In this document: positions 8,306-17,017 of the stretch, one piece after another
Layout of the letters: each line of letters starts with the position of its first letter
Position numbering within the stretch: the first letter of the stretch is position 1
Origin: Candidatus Staskawiczbacteria bacterium RIFCSPHIGHO2_01_FULL_39_25
GTDB taxonomy: Bacteria > Patescibacteriota > Minisyncoccia > Minisyncoccales > Staskawiczbacteraceae
Assembly (NCBI GenBank): GCA_001820095.1
Contig: MHOO01000011.1
Span: 199,227 to 263,226 of the forward strand
Reading direction: 5' to 3'
DNA length: 64,000 nucleotides
Position numbers and translations under genes: made by a program
Notes under the pieces: model-generated
Told to the model about the DNA's origin: nothing
The model's database searches: none
Seen by the model: only the letters and a program-made list of their open reading frames with translations

Positions 8306-9856
8306 TCAAGTCCTCCTTTCTTGTCGGATGAATTCCGTCAGATCCTTCAGGTTTGCCGATGGCTGACAGAGTTGGTTGAGATCTTCGGTCCAGATGCTCA
8401 TCTGGTTTCCTATGATCGGATCAATCACTTCCGGATGAGAAGCCTCATCCTTTTCGACGAGCCGAAAGTGCTTTGCGGCTTGATACGCATTTGCCAAGTC
8501 GTTTTGTGGAATGCCGGTCAACTCGCGTACCACATGATCCGCAAACATGATTCCATGTTTTGCATAGTCCTGAAGCAGGCGCATTGTAGTGTACAGGCGC
8601 AGAGCGGGCGTTTCCATTGCCGAATATGCGACTTGGAATACAAAGTTGCGCATGTCCAGCAAAGAATCGATTCCGGGTTCCACTTCCCGAGCATAGCCAA
8701 GAAGAACATCAGTTGGGCGGGTAACTGCAGTAAGCTGTAGCACATCCCTAGAAATAGTTTCCCAGTAGCCTTTCCAGGAATTTATATGTTCCACCGGCTG
8801 CCAAGAATCGGGCGATGATGCGTTGACGATCATTCTTCCGTTTGCGGGAAGATAGACCGATAGCCTCCTTGAGTGGAATTGACGGGGAGTGTTGTAATTG
8901 GGAACTTGTCCCAATTTTGACCGCCAGTAGGTGTATCCTCGAAGGACGGTTTCGTAAAAATTGTGCCCTTCTCCGTGGGTGCCGCGCATAGAAAGGTTAA
9001 AGAAACTGTCGCCAATTTCTTCCACTTTCTTGACATCGCTCCACGAAGTTCCAGGCACATCCTGTTTCGACATTTTCTTGGCAAAGCCAAGAAAATAGGT
9101 TGGTTTGTAGATTACCGGAATTTCCATGTCTCCGGTAACCAGCCAGCGGGTGGGGAATGCGTCGATGATGGGCAGATTGATTACCGGATCAGAAGGATTC
9201 TTTTCCGGCAGCAATTCTGCTCCAAGTCTTTGCGCCAGTTGGATGTCCAGGTTTTGGTTCGGATCAAGGATAGTGCGAACGACGGGACGGATATTGATTC
9301 CGTCGTCGCTTCGTGCGACCGCATACCTGATTGCATGCAGCACATTCTCAACGGACACGTTGTGGAACGTGTCGTAGCTGATGCGCAGGATGAATGTTAA
9401 ATTCCGTCCTCGCATCTTGTTTCCGCGACGCATGGCGTCGATGAACCTGTCCAACATCCGTTCGGTGGCTTCCGCGCTTTCAGCGAAATAAACGCTGGTG
9501 ATGGTCACCACTTCGTGGATGTTTTCCAGATTTTCGACTGCGTAGCACATGGCATCCATGTTCTCATACGATTCTCCGCCGCCGGAAAATACCAGCAACT
9601 GAGCCTTGGCCTCGTTCATGATCTTCACGAAAATTCGCATCTGATCCATGGAGAGCCGAGGCGGAGAACCACCAAAAATCTTTTTTGCCATTGCCGCCGA
9701 AAAGAGGCAGTTTGGGCATGTCAGTGCGCATTGGTCGGCAGCGTTGACGACCATAACCGAAACTTCGAGATTTTCAGCAGACCCGATTTCCGGTACATGT
9801 CGCGCAAGATAGGCGCGCAGTAAATGGGCGTTGCGATCATCAAACAAAGCGTTCAT
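8306..9856 (-). CDS. radical SAM protein with ~300-aa uncharacterised C-terminal domain
   Basis: CxxxCxxC motif CALTCPNC, glycine-rich FSGGGES; GC-rich; aggag RBS. Confidence 0.75.
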   Translation of the reverse strand: MNALFDDRNAHLLRAYLARHVPEIGSAENLEVSVMVVNAADQCALTCPNCLFSAAMAKKIFGGSPPRLSMDQMRIFVKIMNEAKAQLLVFSGGGESYENMDAMCYAVENLENIHEVVTITSVYFAESAEATERMLDRFIDAMRRGNKMRGRNLTFILRISYDTFHNVSVENVLHAIRYAVARSDDGINIRPVVRTILDPNQNLDIQLAQRLGAELLPEKNPSDPVINLPIIDAFPTRWLVTGDMEIPVIYKPTYFLGFAKKMSKQDVPGTSWSDVKKVEEIGDSFFNLSMRGTHGEGHNFYETVLRGYTYWRSKLGQVPNYNTPRQFHSRRLSVYLPANGRMIVNASSPDSWQPVEHINSWKGYWETISRDVLQLTAVTRPTDVLLGYAREVEPGIDSLLDMRNFVFQVAYSAMETPALRLYTTMRLLQDYAKHGIMFADHVVRELTGIPQNDLANAYQAAKHFRLVEKDEASHPEVIDPIIGNQMSIWTEDLNQLCQPSANLKDLTEFIRQERRT

Positions 9857-9934
9857 CTTTTTCTCCTGGGTTTGAGTTCGGTGCTATATTCTCTCTCGAT
9901 AGAGAGCTTTGACAAGGAGCAATCTTTTGCGTAA

Positions 9935-9963
9935 ATAATAATATAGAATTATAAAAATGTCAA
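9935..9963 (-). promoter_or_regulatory. sigma70-like promoter for 8306-9856/7252-8304 unit
   Basis: minus strand TTGACA, 17 nt spacer, TATTAT in the AT-rich spacer. Confidence 0.5.
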
Positions 9964-9984
9964 CAATAAAAAAGATAATTTTAC

Positions 9985-10017
9985 CATAATAAAACCCCCG
10001 ATTTCTGGTCGAGGGTT
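9985..10017 (-). terminator. terminator after methyltransferase gene
   Basis: minus strand aaccctcga-ccagaaa-tcgggggtt hairpin followed by a T-rich tract. Confidence 0.5.
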
Positions 10018-10038
10018 ATGGCTGAAAAACAGCCTTTA

Positions 10039-10776
10039 TTACTTTGAGGCGCTGCAATGTTTGAAAATTGCGCGCACTGATCCATGGCGATGGTTTTCTT
10101 CGGAACCGGCATGGCTGTGAACGATGTCAGTTTCATCCCAGTGGAGCAGGCTCCAATTTTCCGGCCCGAATAGAGTTTTGATCCGTTCGGGGTTCATAAT
10201 GACTCCTTTCAGTTCCGGCTGGATGTCTGGAGCGGGGTATTTGTCTGTCAGGCTTTGCATGATCAGGTAACCGCTTTTGAGAACGATTTGCCTGATGGCA
10301 TCAATTACTTGATGTAGGACAGATTCTTCCTTGAACACATGCAGAAGGCCGTAACAGACTACGATGTCGAATTGCTCACGGTTGTGTTTCAGGAAGCTGA
10401 GCGCGTCATCTTTGACGAGCGCGATTCTTCCTTCTGGCAACAGTCCCGATTCTTCAAGTTTCACGGTAACATCAAGCAATGTTGCCATGGCAAGAGAATC
10501 TATTTCGACAGCGATAGCCCGTTTAACATCTCGACGGACAAATTCCATGATGTTTTTGCCCGTACCGGCACCCAGTTCCAGAACCGAAAATTCGGTCCAT
10601 GGCAAAGATGCCATCTGGTTGAAGAAATGAACCACTTCGCTTCCAGGCTTTAAGCCCCAGAAATCCAATCCATGGGAGCGATAGCCGTTCCTGTAGAGGC
10701 CGATGCCTTCGCCACTTCCTTTTTGAGGATGGGCGAGGACTTCTTGCATTTCTTCGACAGTGAAGAGTGGATTCAC
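10039..10776 (-). CDS. class I SAM-dependent methyltransferase
   Basis: motif I VLELGAGTGKN, acidic AVEID, post-I VVCYGLLH; GC-rich; 14 nt downstream of radical SAM gene. Confidence 0.8.
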   Translation of the reverse strand: MNPLFTVEEMQEVLAHPQKGSGEGIGLYRNGYRSHGLDFWGLKPGSEVVHFFNQMASLPWTEFSVLELGAGTGKNIMEFVRRDVKRAIAVEIDSLAMATLLDVTVKLEESGLLPEGRIALVKDDALSFLKHNREQFDIVVCYGLLHVFKEESVLHQVIDAIRQIVLKSGYLIMQSLTDKYPAPDIQPELKGVIMNPERIKTLFGPENWSLLHWDETDIVHSHAGSEENHRHGSVRAIFKHCSASK

Positions 10777-10790
10777 TTTGACCCCCTTTC

Positions 10791-11786
10791 TTAATAAGTT
10801 TTTTGGGCGTTTGCGGTTATGGTGAACAGACCGTTGACTGACTGGAGTCGGTTGATGATAGCTTTGGGTTGATCTGTCAGGATATTACTCATGAACACAT
10901 CCTTGGTTCCCTGAGTGACTGTCACGACACCGGTAGGTTGCACGAGGAGTGCCGGACTTGCGTAGAAGTCGGCAAGGCTGTGGATGGTCACCCGGATTTT
11001 GTCTCTGAACAGGCGCAGTGCTTCTTCTACGATTGTCCTGTAAGTGTCATCCGAAACACTCATTCGGTCGGCGTTCAATCCTGAAGTACGTCCGACTTCC
11101 CGCCCGAAGAACTGTGTCAGCTTCCAGTTGTCCACGCCAAGGTCTACCATCATGTGGCCCAGTTGGACAATCTTGTTGATGTCTGAGGTCACTGAGGTGA
11201 TCGTGGTACCGACCTTTACTTTGAAGCCGTACTTTTTCAGTTCGGGGATTAGGGCAATCGTTTTGGTGAAGGCAGCATCGTCTCCCCTGATTTCGCTGTT
11301 GGACTTGGCATCCGGGCCGTCCAGTGAAAGCGAGAACCACTTCACATTTCTGTTTGCACAGAATGCCAGCATGGAATTTGTGACATGCATGCCCGTGGTT
11401 TGCACGATCGTTTCCCGGTTGCGCCGAGAAATTTCATCTACCAGTAGGAGAACGTCGTTGCGGTGAGATTCCGGGTCAGCCCTGACGAAAATCTCGCCAC
11501 CAGTGAGTTGAATCCTGTCCGTCAAAATGGCAAGACTGTTGATGATTTTTGCCATTTGTTCGGTGGAGGCGTCCCTGGTGAGTCCCTGGAACTCCTCTTC
11601 CGCATAGCAGTGCGGACACTGCAGATGACAGCGTCCCGTCACGTAGAGGGAAACAAAACCGATGCGAGCAGCCAGGGCAGGCAGTTTTTCATACTGTTCG
11701 AATATTTCAGCGAGTGCTTGGGCGCGTTTGTCGCCCAATTCCTGGCGGGAAGTAACGTACTTCCTGCTAACCTGTGGTAGTTCCAT
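10791..11786 (-). CDS. radical SAM protein, viperin-like (tentative) / MoaA-like fold
   Basis: CHLQCPHC cluster motif, LTGGEIF, SLSLDG; C-terminal NWKLTQFF...SVSDDTY parallels viperin RWKVFQCL...SDEEF by eye; GC-rich. Confidence 0.7.
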   Translation of the reverse strand: MELPQVSRKYVTSRQELGDKRAQALAEIFEQYEKLPALAARIGFVSLYVTGRCHLQCPHCYAEEEFQGLTRDASTEQMAKIINSLAILTDRIQLTGGEIFVRADPESHRNDVLLLVDEISRRNRETIVQTTGMHVTNSMLAFCANRNVKWFSLSLDGPDAKSNSEIRGDDAAFTKTIALIPELKKYGFKVKVGTTITSVTSDINKIVQLGHMMVDLGVDNWKLTQFFGREVGRTSGLNADRMSVSDDTYRTIVEEALRLFRDKIRVTIHSLADFYASPALLVQPTGVVTVTQGTKDVFMSNILTDQPKAIINRLQSVNGLFTITANAQKTY

Positions 11787-11964
11787 GGCATCTTCCTTTC
11801 GTTGATGGGGTTGATTGTAAAAGAGCCGTTCATGCTCTCTAGTACTAGTGTATCAGTGTGCTAATATAATATCACTTATAATTACTTTTGTAAAGACTTT
11901 TGACCATTGAAAATTATTGCATTTTGGTTAGAAAAAAGGCAAAATGGATTTATTAGAAATTAAT

Positions 11965-12378
11965 ATGAATATTTTTGAAAGGGTTAAAAAATTGAATTTT
12001 CCACTAGGAGAATATGTTGTCATCGGAGCTGGTATCCTTGAAGCTATTGGGATAAGGAATACTCATGATGTCGATATTATTGTGGCGCCACAATTGTTTG
12101 AGAAGCTTAGAGAATCTAAAATCTATAAAGAAGAAATAAAGTGGGGCAAAATATTTTTAATTGGAGATGAAATTGAAATTGGTACCAAATTAGATTGGGA
12201 AAACTATTCAACTACTATTGAAGAAGCAATTAATACTGCAGCTATTATTAACGGTGTGCCGTTTTTAAACCTTGAAGAAACTATAAAATTTAAAAGGGCG
12301 ATGGGCAGGAAAAAAGACTTTAAAGATATTGAATTGATAGAAAGTTATTTAAAAAATTATGATAAAAATCTACTTTAA
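11965..12378 (+). CDS. hypothetical protein, nucleotidyltransferase-fold-like
   Basis: VVIGAGILEAIGIRNTHDVDIIV resembles a minimal NTase G-x-motif plus DxD; ATG 11965 preferred over 11944 because the fragment at 13263 starts at the equivalent residue. Confidence 0.45.
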   Translation: MNIFERVKKLNFPLGEYVVIGAGILEAIGIRNTHDVDIIVAPQLFEKLRESKIYKEEIKWGKIFLIGDEIEIGTKLDWENYSTTIEEAINTAAIINGVPFLNLEETIKFKRAMGRKKDFKDIELIESYLKNYDKNLL

Positions 12379-12396
12379 TTTTAATAAGTATAGAGT

Positions 12397-12475
12397 GGAT
12401 AAAGGTGTCATGATAAAGGTGGCTGACACCTTTAACTCCTTTAACTTTAACTCTTTAACATGACACCTTTAACCC
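12397..12475 (+). repeat. direct repeat copy 2 (tgataaaggtggctgacaccttta + ctttaac words)
   Basis: 12411-12434 identical to 4237-4260, same orientation. Confidence 0.7.
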
Positions 12476-12504
12476 TAAAATTGTAATATAATGCACATAA
12501 ATTT

Positions 12505-12564
12505 ATGGAAGATTGTATATTTTGTAAAATTGTGAAAAAAGAAACAAAAGGAGATATTATTTAG
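12505..12564 (+). pseudogene. second 5' fragment of a HIT-family gene
   Basis: MEDCIFCKIVKKETKGDII* : HIT N-terminal CIFCKI motif truncated after 19 codons. Confidence 0.55.
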
Positions 12565-12593
12565 CAAAAAATAAAAAAATTCTCAAAGGTGAT

Positions 12594-13196
12594 ATGAAAA
12601 AACAAATTGTAATAATCCATGGGGGAACAACTTTTGACAATTATGAAGAGTATATTAATTTTCTCAAAAATAGTAAAGTTAATGCCGAAAAGTTTAAAAC
12701 ATCTAAACATTGGCAAAATTTTCTAGATAAGGAGCTAGAGGAAATTTTTGAAGTATTTACACCTAGGATGCCAAATAGGAATAATGCCCGTTATCAGGAG
12801 TGGCGCATTTGGTTTGAGAAAATAATTCCTTTTATCAATGATGATGTAATACTTTTAGGGTATTCTTTGGGAGGGATTTTTTTGGCAAAATATCTTTCTG
12901 AAAATATATTTCCTAAAAAAATAAAAGCAGTATTATTGGTTGCGACTCCTTTTAATAGTGTTGGCTTGAAAGAATCTTTGGGTGATTTTACTTTATCTAC
13001 GCCTCTTAAAGATTTCTCTTTGCAAACTAAAAAAACCTATTTAATATTCAGTAAAGATGATTCAGATGTGCCATTTGAACAATTAGATAAATACAAAAAA
13101 ATATTATCGAATTCAGAAATAATGAATTTTATAGATAAGGGTCATTTTTACCAAGATTCTTTCCCTGAGATAGTCGAGTTAATAAAAAATATCTGA
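12594..13196 (+). CDS. alpha/beta serine hydrolase (YdeN/RBBP9-like)
   Basis: nucleophile elbow GYSLGG, later SKDD and DKGHF consistent with a Ser-Asp-His triad. Confidence 0.6.
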   Translation: MKKQIVIIHGGTTFDNYEEYINFLKNSKVNAEKFKTSKHWQNFLDKELEEIFEVFTPRMPNRNNARYQEWRIWFEKIIPFINDDVILLGYSLGGIFLAKYLSENIFPKKIKAVLLVATPFNSVGLKESLGDFTLSTPLKDFSLQTKKTYLIFSKDDSDVPFEQLDKYKKILSNSEIMNFIDKGHFYQDSFPEIVELIKNI

Positions 13197-13262
13197 ATCA
13201 AATAAATTATAGTGATTTTAATGTAGTTGATCTGCAATTATTAATTATTCCAGGAAATAACA

Positions 13263-13346
13263 ATGACTATTTTTGATGATGTAAAAAAACTTAATCTGCC
13301 GTTAGTGAGAGGCACAGATAAATGTGCTGGCCTCCTCGTCACCTAA
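13263..13346 (+). pseudogene. 5' fragment paralogous to gene 11965-12378
   Basis: MTIFDDVKKLNLPL matches MNIFERVKKLNFPL, then diverges and stops; followed by hairpin gcctcctcgtcac...gtgatgaggaggc. Confidence 0.5.
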
Positions 13347-13375
13347 AAAGTGATGAGGAGGCAATTTGAAAATAT

Positions 13376-13690
13376 ATGAAAAAATATATCTTTTGGAAAA
13401 TTAAACCGGGTAAAAAACAGACATGGATTAATTGGTGTAATGAAATTATACAACACCAAAATGAAGTGATTGAAACAATGAAAGAAGAAAATTTAATTCA
13501 TGAACGATGTGTTATTTTTGAAGATTATGTATTTTATGAACATGAAACAGTTGAAGGTAAAGAAAAAAAACCAATGAATCCAAATCGAGAGATTAATCAA
13601 AAACACCAGCGCATCCTTAATGAATGTCTTGAACATATTGAAGGTAATATTGGAGTAATTGGTTATGATTTGAAGATTACAAATGAATAA
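13376..13690 (+). CDS. hypothetical protein
   Basis: ORF track only; no motif recognised. Confidence 0.4.
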   Translation: MKKYIFWKIKPGKKQTWINWCNEIIQHQNEVIETMKEENLIHERCVIFEDYVFYEHETVEGKEKKPMNPNREINQKHQRILNECLEHIEGNIGVIGYDLKITNE

Positions 13691-13964
13691 AGAAAAAAAT
13701 GAAAAAAGAAATAGAGAAATCACAAGAAATTATTAAAGATATAAAATATTCTCAAAAATCACCAAACTATAAAAAAGCCTGGGAAATTGTAAAAAAAGAA
13801 GGATATAAAAATATAATCAAAAAACTAAAAAATCATAAGTAAAATTTTAGGGTGGCGGGCGGCGCCGCTTTTCGTTTTTGCTAATTGATATTATAATATA
13901 ATAAGTTTATAGTTGTTTATATGTCTAATCTGCTTTTTAACAACCTAATTAAGGGAGTGATTTC

Positions 13965-14549
13965 ATGATTACTGCTGATTTTCTAGGGAAGGTGGCGGGG
14001 GGAGTTGCTTTGTTTGCTTTTGTTCCATATATTATATCAATTCTCCGCGGTAAAACAAAACCCAGTTTTGCATCCTGGTTCATTTGGACAGTTGTTGGGT
14101 TCATGATAGCTTCCAGTTACTATTATTCTGGAGCAGATAGTACTATTTGGATGGCCATCAGTTACTTTGTTGGTCCATTAATTGTTACTATTCTTTCGGT
14201 AAAGTACAGCGATAGTAATCTCAATTTGCTTGATAAAACCTGTCTTTTCTTAGTCGGGTTGAGTGTTGTTGTTTGGGGTTTATCTGGTTCGCCCTTGTTA
14301 GCACTCTTAATCAATATTTTTGCTGACTTTTTAGGCGCTATTCCGACAATTCGGAAAGCATATAAGGGACCTGCCAGCGAAGATCGTCTAGCGTGGAGTC
14401 TGTATTTTGCTAGTAGTATGATTAATTTATTTGCTGTTGAAGAATGGGTATTCTCTATTGCTGTGTATCCGATTTATATGTTCCTTGGCGTCGGATTAAC
14501 CACAATATTGGTATTTAAGAGTAAATCTCGCACACATACAAATCCATAA
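13965..14549 (+). CDS. integral membrane protein (PQ-loop-like, tentative)
   Basis: about six hydrophobic segments; followed by accgcca...tggcggt T-run terminator. Confidence 0.5.
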   Translation: MITADFLGKVAGGVALFAFVPYIISILRGKTKPSFASWFIWTVVGFMIASSYYYSGADSTIWMAISYFVGPLIVTILSVKYSDSNLNLLDKTCLFLVGLSVVVWGLSGSPLLALLINIFADFLGAIPTIRKAYKGPASEDRLAWSLYFASSMINLFAVEEWVFSIAVYPIYMFLGVGLTTILVFKSKSRTHTNP

Positions 14550-14686
14550 CCGCCATGTCGTTTTAATTTCTGGCGGTTTTTTTATGATTTGTATTGTATG
14601 TTTTTAGCAATTTTGTATAATCACAGTATACAATATTAAATCTGAAAGTTTGGGCACAAAATAAGTTTTAAAATGATAAATTTTTT

Positions 14687-15196
14687 ATGAAGAAAGAACT
14701 AGTGCCTCGTTTTGCATTTTTTGTATCTGGTACCGGAAAACATGATGATCGTCTCCAAGCGTTTGATAAGGCTCTACTTAGTGCTGGGCCACTTGCTCAT
14801 AATTTAGTTTCCGTATCAAGCATATTTCCAGCCGGTTGTAAAGTTATATCTGCTCAAAAGGGCTTTTCTATGCTTACTCCTGGTCAGATTACCTTCTGTA
14901 TTATGGCTAGACAAGAAACAAATCAATTCGGTGATGTCGCTTCAGCAGCAGTTGGTCTCGCAATAAAAAACAACAAAAATTTTGGTTATATCTCTGAATA
15001 TCATGGAGCCGCAAAAAATGTGAGTGAGGCTAAATTAATTGCTGAAAAATTGGCTAAAGAAATGTTTGCTAGGAAAATTAGTGTAGATTCTGAAAACCTT
15101 AAACTTGAAATGATTCAGGCAACTTCAGCTTCAATTACTTGTGATAAAAAAAACGAATGGGTGTGTGCTGTTGCCCTTTGTATTTTTGTTTTATAG
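14687..15196 (+). CDS. pdaD: pyruvoyl-dependent arginine decarboxylase
   Basis: size and FFVSGTG...NLVSVSSIFP pattern with a Ser-Ser self-cleavage site, typical of the PvlArgDC family. Confidence 0.7.
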   Translation: MKKELVPRFAFFVSGTGKHDDRLQAFDKALLSAGPLAHNLVSVSSIFPAGCKVISAQKGFSMLTPGQITFCIMARQETNQFGDVASAAVGLAIKNNKNFGYISEYHGAAKNVSEAKLIAEKLAKEMFARKISVDSENLKLEMIQATSASITCDKKNEWVCAVALCIFVL

Positions 15197-15203
15197 AACA
15201 AAT

Positions 15204-16925
15204 CTATTTACTTACTAGATAATTTCCAATTGCTAGATAATCCATTTTAGTTCTCTTAAAAGTTTTTATGGCATCTTCTGGAGAGCATACGATAGGCTCA
15301 TTGTCGTTAAAGGAAGTGTTAAGCACAATAGGTACTCCAGTGCGTTTATAGAACTGATATATAAGTTTGTGATATAGTGGATTAGTTTTTTTGCTAACTA
15401 CTTGCAGACGACCTGTCCCATCTATGTGAATTACTGATGGTATTTTTTTTTGTTTAATTTTTTTTGCATCAAAGTTTACTTCCATAAATTCTGCAGATAA
15501 AGATTTTCCCCATCGGTGTTCTTTGAACCAACTTGATAAAAACTCCTTAAGTACGCTTGGTGCAAACGGTCGGAAGGATTCACGTCGCTTAATGCGTTCG
15601 TTAAGAATTTCTTTCATATCCTTTCGACGTGGATCAGCAAGAAGCGAACGATTTCCTAATGCTCTAGGACCCCATTCTTCTCTTCCCTGAAACCAGCCTA
15701 TAATTTTTCCCTCGGATAATTTTTCTGCTACTTTTTCTGTAATATCCGTAGTTTTTTTATAGGAAGAAATTTTAAATTTTTTTAGAGCTGAAATAATTTC
15801 TAAATCAGAGTATTTCGGACCCCAGTATACATTTTCCATTATAAATGAGCGTGGTTTATTTAACTCTTGATGCCAAATATAATAAGCTGCTCCCAGGGCT
15901 GTGCCCGCATCATTAGCTGCCGGCTGAACATATAAATTTTTACAGATAGAATTTTTCAAGAGTAAACTATTAGATACACAATTCAACGCTACGCCACCAG
16001 CAAGACATATATTTTTTGAACCTGTTTTTTTGGAGAGAAAAGTAACAAGATGGATAACTACATCGTCGGTAATTGCCTGGAGGGCAGCTGCTATATCTTT
16101 ATGATTTTTCGTTGGTTTTAATGGACGCCTAATCTCTTTTGGTGTTTTAAATAAATCTTCAAGCTGGCTGAAATCATCCATTCGGAAACGCATAATGCTA
16201 TTATCTACAGTAAATTCTCCGTCCGCTTTTAGTTGAACTATTTTTTGAAAAATTTTATAGAATCTTCTCGGATTGCCATAAGCAGCTAGACCCATAATTT
16301 TTGAAGCGTCATATTCTGTAAACCCTAAATATTTGCTAATTTTTTCCCAAAGAAAACCTAGGGAATTTGGATAATAAATTTCTTTAAGGACTTGAATGGC
16401 ATTATTCTTCCCATATCCCATCCAAGTAGATGAGAGCTCACCAATACCATCAATAGATAGTATTGCAGATTTAGAAAATGGTGAAACAAAAAAGGCGCTA
16501 CTTGCGTGACAAATATGATGGGGAATCCACCGGATTTTTCTACTTAAATCTTCACCAGCTAGATGGTTTAATAATAATGGGACTCTGGTAATTTTTTTAT
16601 AAAATAATCTTTCTCCTCTTTCACTGCCCCAGTTTCCGGGCATGTAATAAGAATCGACATTAATATTCTTCAGTCGTTCTTTTGGGGAGAATGAAAGACC
16701 AATGTAATTAACGCGCTTAAGTGGGATTTGTGCTATATCTAAGCAATAGTTTATCGCTTCTTTTGGTAAAACATCTGGATTATTAATTAAGGCTTGCTTA
16801 CCACGCTTTATACGTGAGAACCTTTCTTCTTCAACGGCCGCTAATAATTTACCGTTTTTAATAATACAAGCCGATAACTCGTGATAAGCAAAATTAAGTC
16901 CTAAGATGTATGTAGGTTTTTTCAT
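15204..16925 (-). CDS. carbamoyltransferase (NodU/CmcH family)
   Basis: N-terminal ILGLNFAYHELSACIIKNGKLLAAVEEERFSRIK and 573-aa length typical of the family. Confidence 0.8.
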   Translation of the reverse strand: MKKPTYILGLNFAYHELSACIIKNGKLLAAVEEERFSRIKRGKQALINNPDVLPKEAINYCLDIAQIPLKRVNYIGLSFSPKERLKNINVDSYYMPGNWGSERGERLFYKKITRVPLLLNHLAGEDLSRKIRWIPHHICHASSAFFVSPFSKSAILSIDGIGELSSTWMGYGKNNAIQVLKEIYYPNSLGFLWEKISKYLGFTEYDASKIMGLAAYGNPRRFYKIFQKIVQLKADGEFTVDNSIMRFRMDDFSQLEDLFKTPKEIRRPLKPTKNHKDIAAALQAITDDVVIHLVTFLSKKTGSKNICLAGGVALNCVSNSLLLKNSICKNLYVQPAANDAGTALGAAYYIWHQELNKPRSFIMENVYWGPKYSDLEIISALKKFKISSYKKTTDITEKVAEKLSEGKIIGWFQGREEWGPRALGNRSLLADPRRKDMKEILNERIKRRESFRPFAPSVLKEFLSSWFKEHRWGKSLSAEFMEVNFDAKKIKQKKIPSVIHIDGTGRLQVVSKKTNPLYHKLIYQFYKRTGVPIVLNTSFNDNEPIVCSPEDAIKTFKRTKMDYLAIGNYLVSK

Positions 16926-17017
16926 GTATTATTAGCTGTGAATAACTTTTGGTATTGTATATTAATTATTTTCTTATCATAATACAAGTAATACTATAGG
17001 TAAAGCATTATAAAGGG

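Noticed and set aside
4386-9823. Long ORFs antisense to the GC-rich genes (4386-5102+, 4840-5175+, 5356-5664+, 8213-8740+, 8963-9400+, 9515-9823+; likewise 10339-11780+ and 33570-34157+)
   Set aside because: These are shadow ORFs, expected in GC-rich DNA. They lack motifs, are Arg/Ser/Pro-rich, and the opposite strand carries clear aaRS, radical SAM, MTase or NDK signatures.
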